Assembly (NCBI GenBank): GCA_019057375.1
Contig: DXJF01000101.1
Location: forward strand, 1-18,443
Length of the DNA stretch: 18,443 bases
Source of the DNA: Candidatus Heimdallarchaeota archaeon
Lineage (GTDB): Archaea > Asgardarchaeota > Heimdallarchaeia > Heimdallarchaeales > Heimdallarchaeaceae
Reading direction: 5' to 3'
Part shown: piece after piece, positions 1 to 7,471 of the stretch
How positions within the stretch are numbered: the stretch's first letter is position 1
Layout of the letters: the number at the start of each line of letters is the position of its first letter
Program-made: the position numbers and the translations under genes
The notes under the pieces: generated by a model
The model's input: the letters and a program-made list of their open reading frames with translations, nothing else
The model's database searches: none
What the model was told of the DNA's origin: nothing

Positions 1-1250
1 TCTTCGATATCTTTGGTAGTGATATATGTTTTTGCAATTATCATACCCAGTACAATTTTTTCCCATCTTTCAAGGGTTCCTTCTTGAGTTCTGCTATACC
101 TTTTGAGGCTATCTACATAAATTGTAGCACCCTTTAATGTACAAGTAACAAATCCCTCTAGATATAGATTCATTACACCCTCTAAGACCTCATCAACTTT
201 TCTATTCATTAGAGTAGCAAGTTTCCTGAGAGGAATTCTCTCTTGAGTAGATAATAAGCCAAACAATGCTTCGTAATTGAAAAAAGATAAAGCGGCCATT
301 TCTTCTATTGTTTGATTTGGTTGTGTATCAGGAATGATAACTGGTACTATCTTATTTTTCTCATTAAATATAAATTGAAACGTACCCCTTGCAGTTAAGA
401 AAGCAATAATTCTGACTACTTCTTTTTCTTCTTTGTCAAGATATTTTGATAATTCCTCTATATCTACTTCTTTCTTCAATATAGTGTACCCAACTACTGA
501 TCTTTCATCACCTTGAAGAGCTTCCATAGGTAAAGTGCGGGGAGCAATCAGATACTTTTTGACGTTTACGGAAATTTTACTCGAACCAACAATTCCTCCA
601 GAAACTTCAAATGAAGCTTCCAATTTATTATGCAACATAAGCTTAGCAATTGTGTTAAATACTTCATCTCTAGTGAAACCTGTTAGTTTTGCTACTTTGC
701 TTAATTCTGCATCACGCAAAAGCATACATGTTCCTATGATAAATGTATCATCAGAACTGATTTTTACTTTCTCGAAAGGTTTCCATATATTTTGAACTAG
801 TATCTCTTGATTTTTCAGACTTCCAATGAATAGCCCTCTGACTGTGAGGAATAGAAGATGTGATATTAGTTCCTCAGAAGAAATGTTTAAAATTTTGCGA
901 AGTAAATGGATATTGATTTTTTTATTGCTTACTAGTACTCCTAACAGATTTCTTCTAAGATTACTTAATCTTCCTGGATTCACCCTTGGATACCTATATG
1001 CTGATACTAGAACAAATCTGTTTTTTCTGTAGTATCCCCTCAGAATAAGAGCTTGAATGAGTAACTGTATATAGTCTTTTATTGCTCCGATGGGAACTCC
1101 AGTCTGCTCAGAAAACGATTTTAAGTTAATTTCTCTATATAGATAGAGTTTTGAAATAATTTGTGATTTTCTTGTTTTTGATAGAGTTACTTCAGGAAGA
1201 TCTAATTCTTGGAAATCTAATTCGACAATATCTTCACGTTCATAACTCAG
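1..1250 (-). CDS. Tandem winged-helix (PCI-like) repeat protein, 3' end beyond the left edge; probable non-canonical CTG start
   Basis: Manual translation of the minus strand is stop-free from 1250 to the edge (~416 codons): (M)SYEREDIVELDFQELDLPEVTLSKTRKSQIISKLYLYREINLKSFSEQTGVPIGAIKDYIQLLIQALILRGYY...EKIVLGMIIAKTYITTKDIE. At least five complete and one partial ~70-aa helix-turn-helix-plus-wing units. Not in the supplied ORF track. Confidence 0.75.
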   Translation of the reverse strand, partial: MSYEREDIVELDFQELDLPEVTLSKTRKSQIISKLYLYREINLKSFSEQTGVPIGAIKDYIQLLIQALILRGYYRKNRFVLVSAYRYPRVNPGRLSNLRRNLLGVLVSNKKINIHLLRKILNISSEELISHLLFLTVRGLFIGSLKNQEILVQNIWKPFEKVKISSDDTFIIGTCMLLRDAELSKVAKLTGFTRDEVFNTIAKLMLHNKLEASFEVSGGIVGSSKISVNVKKYLIAPRTLPMEALQGDERSVVGYTILKKEVDIEELSKYLDKEEKEVVRIIAFLTARGTFQFIFNEKNKIVPVIIPDTQPNQTIEEMAALSFFNYEALFGLLSTQERIPLRKLATLMNRKVDEVLEGVMNLYLEGFVTCTLKGATIYVDSLKRYSRTQEGTLERWEKIVLGMIIAKTYITTKDIE

Positions 1251-1362
1251 TTGAATCTACCCCAGCCAATTAACTCTATTAAGCATTACATAACTTATTA
1301 AAGTTACCTTATAAAGAACAACTATTTGGTAGATAGAATAAAAGAACTACTCATTTAATTAA

Positions 1363-2658
1363 TTATGTTCTGTCAAGATAGGTTTCATATTCCCATTCCC
1401 ATTCGTCTTCTTCACTTATGTTTTTAGCTTCCGTATGTTCCTTACATTCCATTCTTTTAACGGCTAGAAATATATCTAGAATGTCTTGACCAAGAGTTTC
1501 TTTTACGAAAGAGCTTTTTTCCAAAAAGTCCAGAGCTTCAGATAAACTATTAGGTAATTGTACAATCCCCATACTTTTCCTTTCCTCAATAGATAAAGTT
1601 TCAACATTTTTAGTTGTAGGAGGAATTGGTTCAATCATATCCTTGATCCCATCCAAACCTGAAGCTAGAAGTAAAGCTGAGGCCAGATAGATGTTTGAAG
1701 CAGCATCTGTTGCTCGAAATTCGATTCTTGCTTTCTTTTCGTATCCTGGAACTCTAATCAATACTGTTCTATTAGCAACTCCCCAAGATTTGTAAACAGG
1801 AGCTTCATGACCAGGAACCAATCTTTTGTAAGAATTTGTTGTTGGATTGAAAAGTGCAGTCATTGCATCTACATGTTTCAAAATTCCTCCAACAAAATAG
1901 CGCAATGTATCACTGATACCTTTTTCTTCATCTGCAAAGATATTCTTCCCATCTTTGATAAGATATTGATGAATATGCATTCCACTTCCAGCTTGATCAG
2001 CAAAAGGTTTTGGCATGAAAGTACTAAAAATTTCACTAAAAAGAGAATCTGCTTTGACAATCATTTTCGCAGTTTGTGTGTCATCTGCTTGCTTTAAAGC
2101 CTCTAAAGCAGCGAATTCAATCTCTTGTTGACCATTACCAACTTCATGGTGAATTGTTTTAACCGCAATACCCATTTCTTGCATATCGCTTGCAATATTT
2201 CGTCGAAGATAACCTAATTCATCATAAGGGAGAGTATCCATATATTCACCAGATTCATATGGCTCAAGATCTAGGTCTAAGAAGTACCATTCAAGTTCAG
2301 GTCGTGTCTTCAATTCATAACCTAAATCATTAGCTTGTTTAATTACTTTTTTCAAAATGCTCCGAGGATCAGTTGGATGGGGATTTCCATCATTCCCATA
2401 AATATCACAGATGAATCTTGCCATTCTTGGTTCCCAGGGAAAAACAGCTAAAGTTGATAAATCAGGGACTACTTTCATGTCACTCTGTTCAGTTTTTAAG
2501 AATCCTAAGGATGATCCATCCACTCCGGTGCCATCTTTCATTTCCCCCCAGATGTTTGAAGGAAATTCGACTGACTTTAAATCTCCAAATATAGTTGTAA
2601 ATTGAAATTGAATAAACTCAATGTTATTCTTTCTAAAAAACTCTTCCAGCTCATCCAT
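1363..2658 (-). CDS. glnA: Glutamine synthetase type I (GSI-alpha-like)
   Basis: Motifs DGSS, ELEWYF, HHEVGNGQQEI, TFMPKP...GSGMHIHQ, NSYKRLVPGHEAP, NRTVLIRVP, RIEFR. The glutamate-flap Glu (PGHEAP) and the Tyr of GEYMD are retained. Confidence 0.9.
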   Translation of the reverse strand: MDELEEFFRKNNIEFIQFQFTTIFGDLKSVEFPSNIWGEMKDGTGVDGSSLGFLKTEQSDMKVVPDLSTLAVFPWEPRMARFICDIYGNDGNPHPTDPRSILKKVIKQANDLGYELKTRPELEWYFLDLDLEPYESGEYMDTLPYDELGYLRRNIASDMQEMGIAVKTIHHEVGNGQQEIEFAALEALKQADDTQTAKMIVKADSLFSEIFSTFMPKPFADQAGSGMHIHQYLIKDGKNIFADEEKGISDTLRYFVGGILKHVDAMTALFNPTTNSYKRLVPGHEAPVYKSWGVANRTVLIRVPGYEKKARIEFRATDAASNIYLASALLLASGLDGIKDMIEPIPPTTKNVETLSIEERKSMGIVQLPNSLSEALDFLEKSSFVKETLGQDILDIFLAVKRMECKEHTEAKNISEEDEWEWEYETYLDRT

Positions 2659-2768
2659 GAGATATACCTTACCATTTGACTGTAAAAAAGAAAAATCCAG
2701 ATTAATATATATATTTTTGTCAAAGTATTAAATCGGTAGAGTTCTGTATAATGTATGCTTGTTCGACA

Positions 2769-2780
2769 ATTATATATAAT
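2769..2780. promoter_or_regulatory. Palindromic TATA-like box in the divergent glnA/pdaD intergenic region
   Basis: ATTATATATAAT is a perfect 12-bp palindrome ending 24 nt before the ATG at 2805, the spacing expected for an archaeal TATA box with a leaderless transcript. A second TA tract at 2702-2718 could serve glnA. Confidence 0.45.
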
Positions 2781-2804
2781 CCGCAAAAACTTTTACATTG
2801 AAAA

Positions 2805-3362
2805 ATGAGCAACCCAACGAGATTCTGGTTTACATCCGGTATAGGTGAATCTGATACATCTGAACTAGATGCAATTGACAAAGCATTCATGAATTCAGGA
2901 TTAGGTTATCAAAATCATATTACTGTGTCCTCTATTCCTCCTGTTATAGAGACAACACCCGAAATAGATAGAGCGAAGGGAATTACATTCATAGACGTTG
3001 ATGATAAACGTATGATGATTCCATTTAGTACAAATATTCATGTTGTTAAAGCTCTCTCTAGAGGGTCTGTTGGACAAAAACATGCAACATGCATTGCTTT
3101 AGCAAAAGTCTTTGTAGAGATCAAAAAGGAACAAATCCCGTGTATGTTAGCTTTTGAAAGCAAAGGTGAGATTTTAGATAAAACTGAAAATAAGGCTATA
3201 GAGGGTGTGAAATCAATGGTTCAAGAAAGAAAAGCAAAAATTGATTCTTCCTGGGGTTTATCTGGCTTTAAAACTATAAGCTCATGTTTGGAAATTACTA
3301 AAAATTTTGGGTGCTCAGTTTCATTTGTTGTCTTTGACCCATTTACATATAAAAATGAATGA
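2805..3362 (+). CDS. pdaD: Pyruvoyl-dependent arginine decarboxylase family protein
   Basis: N-terminal FWFTSGIGES..ELDAIDKAF..SGLG.QN.ITVSSIPP matches the PvlArgDC pattern including the Ser-Ser autocleavage site. A Glu in LAFESKG and a C-terminal SVSFVVF strand are also present. The sequence is divergent, so the substrate is not certain. Confidence 0.72.
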   Translation: MSNPTRFWFTSGIGESDTSELDAIDKAFMNSGLGYQNHITVSSIPPVIETTPEIDRAKGITFIDVDDKRMMIPFSTNIHVVKALSRGSVGQKHATCIALAKVFVEIKKEQIPCMLAFESKGEILDKTENKAIEGVKSMVQERKAKIDSSWGLSGFKTISSCLEITKNFGCSVSFVVFDPFTYKNE

Positions 3363-3409
3363 AAAAGACTCTAAAACAAAAAACATAATACATAAAGCAT
3401 AAAAATAGC

Positions 3410-3417
3410 TTTAAATA
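3410..3417 (+). promoter_or_regulatory. Putative TATA box with A-rich BRE for the 3449 gene
   Basis: AAAAATAGC-TTTAAATA ending 31 nt upstream of the ATG at 3449. Confidence 0.4.
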
Positions 3418-3448
3418 CCACAACCAAGCAAGGCTGAAGTGAAGAGAT

Positions 3449-5335
3449 ATGAACAATAAAAAGACATATGCCTTTGTAGTTATAATACTGATAACACTTT
3501 CATTAGGACTAGGATCATTCGATCCAAAAATTCATGCTGCTAGTACTACAGAACCGATTTTAGAAAGCCTAGTAGCTGAAGGGCTTGAAGATTTTCAAGG
3601 TATCAATTTCCCAAATCACACTATGATAACAGTTGAATATTCCGTAGATCGTTTAGTAGGTATCAGTGGAGTAGTAATAGTGGGCTCTGGTTCAAACCTG
3701 AGTCTAACCCCTGAAACCAGCTTAGCATTAAATTTTTCCGACTCTCAAGTTGATCGTTCATATTACAAAGGGACTTTCGAATTAACTAGTTTAACCACAT
3801 TCAAGGGTTATTCTTGGATAGGTGAAATCAATAATGGAACCTATGAAGTTTTAGAAAATTTTAATCATTTAGGACCTTGGCATTATCTCTATGTTACAGA
3901 AGAAGGGACACCTCCTGCCTTTTATAATATTGGTAATGCAACTGTGACACAAAACAGTTTCATCTACTATACTCCTTCTAATCAAACAAATAATACAGTG
4001 GTGATCCGCTACGAAATCTATGGGGGCACAGAAAATGATACAGTAACTTTAGCATTGTCGAAGTACAGAGATCCAATAACTGATGTCTCTTTAGGCATAT
4101 TTAATGGTGATGTAACATTTATTGAAATGGATTGGCAAGAAGGAAATATAACTACAACTTCTGTTATTTTCAACACAACGTTTGAATTTACGGATAGAAC
4201 AATTTTCTTCAGCGCGAACAATTCATATGGTTGGGATATGTGGGGAGGTATAAATGAAGTCAGGACTCAGCTAAATGTGTATATGATCAACAATGGATTT
4301 TACTTTGAATCAGATACATTACAAGAAGGAAAAATAACTGATTTAGATGACTTAGAGTTTAATATCACTACTTACAATTCAACAGATTTAGAGAAATATG
4401 GAATCAGATATTTTGTAACACAAGGTCTAGATAATGATACAGAAATAATTCCGTTTACTGAAGTCGAAGCAACACTTAATCGAAATTATACAGTAGAAAA
4501 CGAAAATGGATACAACAATACAATAAGAGAATACTTTGTTTCTATTGGTTCATTCTCAAAAGGGAATATTTTGCATTATGAAGCATACAATCTCTATTAT
4601 GATGCGTTTTACAATGAAACAGGCGGAATAATGAAATTGCTGTACATCTACGATTCAGTTCCAGAGATTAATTTATATCCTGTGAATAACACCTACACAA
4701 ACGACTATAATGTGACTTTTTACTACGAGATTGATGCTTCTCGAGGGTCGCTTTATAGTGTTGAAATGGATTTTGATGATGGAACACCAATCACTGATAT
4801 AATGGATGTAGATACAAATACAAGTGTTCATTATTATCCTCAGGTTACAGGAGAATATAACGCGACATTATTTGTTACAATTAACATTACAAGAGTTAAT
4901 GATGCTCCTGTACTAGTAAATACCTCGATTTCTACAATTATCTATCTTGACTTTGAAAATCCTACATTGGAAATCACTAGTCATACTTTAAATGATACAG
5001 CAATAATCGATGGATATGTTGAATTTTATTTTGACTATGCTGATGCGTATGCAGGTATAGAAAGAGTCTGGATTTTTTGGGACAATGGTGTTGTTCAGAA
5101 TGTTACTGATGATCATTTTGCCTTCCACAATTATGTAGAAGATGGAAATTATACTGTAACTATAATGGTTAAAGATAGGGCTGGAAATCAGTTTAATTCG
5201 ACCATAATGTTTAACGTCGAGCTTGAAGTTGAAACACCAACATCAACAACTCCTTATGCAAGCTTATCATTTCTATTTTCTCTTCTAGTAGCAGGTTATG
5301 CGCTTAACAAAAAAAATAAAACAAATCGAAAGTAA
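3449..5335 (+). CDS. Secreted, C-terminally anchored surface glycoprotein with two C-terminal PKD/Ig-like domains
   Basis: N-terminal basic plus hydrophobic signal (MNNKKTYAFVVIILITLSLGLG). About 27 N-x-S/T sequons counted by eye in the ectodomain. PKD-like MDFDDG..HYY..GEYNATL and FWDNG..HNY..GNYTVTIMVKDRAGN. Thr/Pro linker, hydrophobic helix and basic tail (TPTSTTPYASLSFLFSLLVAGYALNKKNKTNRK). Confidence 0.75.
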   Translation: MNNKKTYAFVVIILITLSLGLGSFDPKIHAASTTEPILESLVAEGLEDFQGINFPNHTMITVEYSVDRLVGISGVVIVGSGSNLSLTPETSLALNFSDSQVDRSYYKGTFELTSLTTFKGYSWIGEINNGTYEVLENFNHLGPWHYLYVTEEGTPPAFYNIGNATVTQNSFIYYTPSNQTNNTVVIRYEIYGGTENDTVTLALSKYRDPITDVSLGIFNGDVTFIEMDWQEGNITTTSVIFNTTFEFTDRTIFFSANNSYGWDMWGGINEVRTQLNVYMINNGFYFESDTLQEGKITDLDDLEFNITTYNSTDLEKYGIRYFVTQGLDNDTEIIPFTEVEATLNRNYTVENENGYNNTIREYFVSIGSFSKGNILHYEAYNLYYDAFYNETGGIMKLLYIYDSVPEINLYPVNNTYTNDYNVTFYYEIDASRGSLYSVEMDFDDGTPITDIMDVDTNTSVHYYPQVTGEYNATLFVTINITRVNDAPVLVNTSISTIIYLDFENPTLEITSHTLNDTAIIDGYVEFYFDYADAYAGIERVWIFWDNGVVQNVTDDHFAFHNYVEDGNYTVTIMVKDRAGNQFNSTIMFNVELEVETPTSTTPYASLSFLFSLLVAGYALNKKNKTNRK

Positions 5336-5356
5336 AATCTTTACTTTCTCATTATT

Positions 5357-7252
5357 TTATTTTGTCTCAATCTCTATGCTAAAAACAAAGTCTTTTGTCT
5401 CATGTAATTCTAAGATTGGTACTTTCATTCTCAGAGTTAACTCTAAATTACGAAAACGTTTCTTACTATCGTATCTAATCTCTTCAGGTACAGTGATTTT
5501 TACCTTTGAGTTTGTTTTTTCATTATTTATCTCCAGAATCACAGAATCTTTTGAACTTGATATGTTTTCTAGGATAAGATTCTCTTGTGAAAATATTGGT
5601 GCGATATAATCTCCCATATTAAATTTAGAGAGACTATAAAGAATGAATTCTTCTTTGACTACCCCTCTATTTTGAAAATTGTAATTAATGTCTATTTTGT
5701 TAGAACCGTTTCTGATTGTAAAAATTTTCTTCAGAACTATGTCACTTGTTGCATAAGTACTTAAAGCAATTTCAACTCCATCAGTTAATTCTTTTCTACT
5801 AGCTACATAACCTTCGTTGAATAGATTATATTGGCCACTGTACTTCTTAGAAACTATATCAAACATTAATCCATAATTGGGTTCTTGGGTTACAGTGTTT
5901 ACAATCAGACTTGGGGATGGAGAAGAAGCTATAAACTCTCCGTTTTCGAGATTAAAAAGATTGTTAATTACACCCCCCCTATGTAGAAAACTACAAAGAA
6001 TGTTGTTATTATAATGAACCATATCTCCACAAATTGGGTCAATTATATGAAAACCATCTTTGGTTATTTTGTCTGTTTTGTAGGCGTTTGCTATAAATTC
6101 TGCTAAATTAATATGATTTATACTATTCCATATATTCATAAAGTCCAGAATATTTACTCCTTTAATTGGTTCATTAAATTGTGAAAAGTACGTATTGTGT
6201 AAATTTGTTAGAAGATAATTCCAAGAATGTTTAATTAGATTTTCAATTGCACTCTTTTGAATATTTTCAAGCGAGCTTGCAGCTTTTTCTATCCTTTTGA
6301 TTCTGTTTAAATTCATTTTTAATATTCTAGTTAGGTTTTCACAACATGGAGAGAGTTCAATAGTCGGTATAGTTTCAGAAGATAATATCATTTCATAAGG
6401 CAATGAATACTTCAAATCGATTTCTTTGATATCGAATTTTTCTATAACTTCTGAAGGTCTAATAAAATTCATCGGCTGATTTAGTAATTGTTTACTTTCA
6501 ATGAAATAGCTGTCAAAATTAAAATCAGATCTAAAGGTCGGGAATTTTAGATCATTAAGATCAATAGTTAGCAAGCCGAATAGATCTATCCCTTCTTTAT
6601 TTGATATTTTGTCCCCTTTTTGGATAGCTTCTGACAAACTGTCAATAATACCTGAGCTGAGATATTGCTTATAGAACTCCGGGAAAAGTCTATAAATACT
6701 TCTCAGATTATATGACGGAAGAACATAAATGTCTTTATCTTTTATTTTAAAGACTTTGGAAAAACTGGGGTCTATATTTCCAATAGGCTTTTTATTAATT
6801 GCTCGATCCAAAATATTCCAGTCTACTATTATATACCTGTACGATTCGTCAACAAGGTGACCTACATTTCGATCATCAAAAACACCGAAGGGAGAATAAA
6901 ACCCTTTAATATACTCATCAGGATAAAAGTTTTTTAGTTCTTTAGAAGCATATTTGATTTGGTGTTTAAGAATCTCATTTTCGAATTTTAACGAAAAAGG
7001 AACATAATTCGAAAACATTGACGCTGACAGCTCTAATTGTTCTGCTAGACAAAGTTTGGAAATGTCTTTTACAATAGATTCATTTTCCCAGATTATTGAT
7101 TGGAGAAAGAGTGTATTAAAGGAAATGGTTCCTTTAAACTGTGGTTCTCTTGCGAACCAATCTATAATCTGTTGATATCTACCCGCGTGATCTTTGGTAA
7201 CAGCACCCCTAAAGCAAGACAGATTATAATGTGCAGATAAATAAACTGTCAT
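5357..7252 (-). CDS. GH57 alpha-amylase/4-alpha-glucanotransferase-like protein, apparently catalytically degenerate
   Basis: Three-part GH57 architecture: N-terminal barrel (VYLSAHYN; GTISFNTLFL; GFYSPFGVFD...YRYIIVD), a central helical region (WNYLLTNLHN) and a C-terminal beta-sandwich (SFLHRGGVINNLF). Start placed at ATG 7252 (MTVYLSAH) rather than the track's TTG 7342, because GH57 homology begins there. Confidence 0.68.
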   Translation of the reverse strand: MTVYLSAHYNLSCFRGAVTKDHAGRYQQIIDWFAREPQFKGTISFNTLFLQSIIWENESIVKDISKLCLAEQLELSASMFSNYVPFSLKFENEILKHQIKYASKELKNFYPDEYIKGFYSPFGVFDDRNVGHLVDESYRYIIVDWNILDRAINKKPIGNIDPSFSKVFKIKDKDIYVLPSYNLRSIYRLFPEFYKQYLSSGIIDSLSEAIQKGDKISNKEGIDLFGLLTIDLNDLKFPTFRSDFNFDSYFIESKQLLNQPMNFIRPSEVIEKFDIKEIDLKYSLPYEMILSSETIPTIELSPCCENLTRILKMNLNRIKRIEKAASSLENIQKSAIENLIKHSWNYLLTNLHNTYFSQFNEPIKGVNILDFMNIWNSINHINLAEFIANAYKTDKITKDGFHIIDPICGDMVHYNNNILCSFLHRGGVINNLFNLENGEFIASSPSPSLIVNTVTQEPNYGLMFDIVSKKYSGQYNLFNEGYVASRKELTDGVEIALSTYATSDIVLKKIFTIRNGSNKIDINYNFQNRGVVKEEFILYSLSKFNMGDYIAPIFSQENLILENISSSKDSVILEINNEKTNSKVKITVPEEIRYDSKKRFRNLELTLRMKVPILELHETKDFVFSIEIETK

Positions 7253-7439
7253 TAAGAAATCAGTCTCACTGGTATTAAAATGTCTTTCTGTGGAACTTCC
7301 ATTCGTTTTAATACGTGACAAACGGCTATATAAATAACACAACCCCTATTTAAACTTATAAAACAATATATAAACAAACATGTGTCACATATTTGTAATT
7401 TGGTGTTAGGGGGCTTCTATCGTACTTTATTTAGCTAGC

Positions 7440-7447
7440 TTTATATA
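7440..7447 (+). promoter_or_regulatory. Putative TATA box of tfb
   Basis: TTTATATA ending 24 nt before GTG 7472 and 33 nt before ATG 7481. Confidence 0.5.
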
Positions 7448-7471
7448 ATCTCATGTGCATGTTCAATTAGA

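Noticed and set aside
535-1032. Plus-strand ORFs 535-795 and 826-1032 from the track
   Set aside because: They are antisense shadows of the long winged-helix frame on the minus strand and have no recognisable motifs.
1363-2658. glnA as a gamma-glutamylpolyamine synthetase (PuuA-like), suggested by the neighbouring arginine decarboxylase
   Set aside because: The ammonium-site residues visible here (Asp of DGSS, Tyr of GEYMD, flap Glu of PGHEAP) are retained, which fits a true glutamine synthetase better. Not excluded without a phylogeny.
1807-2786. Short ORFs 1807-2097, 1878-2060, 2411-2605 and 2577-2786
   Set aside because: They overlap glnA antisense or out of frame, or run through its promoter, and have no protein-like features.
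2901-5609. ORFs 2901-3083, 4018-4221 and 5298-5609
   Set aside because: Antisense shadows of pdaD, the surface protein and the GH57-like gene.
7253-7342. 30-codon N-terminal extension of the GH57-like ORF from TTG 7342
   Set aside because: It overlaps a TATA-like tract (7327-7334) and has no family similarity. Counting from ATG 7252 puts the nucleophile position at 122, matching GH57 numbering.
7380-7390. Short palindrome ATGTG-T-CACAT in the GH57/tfb divergent region
   Set aside because: Only 5-bp arms, expected by chance, with no second copy seen.
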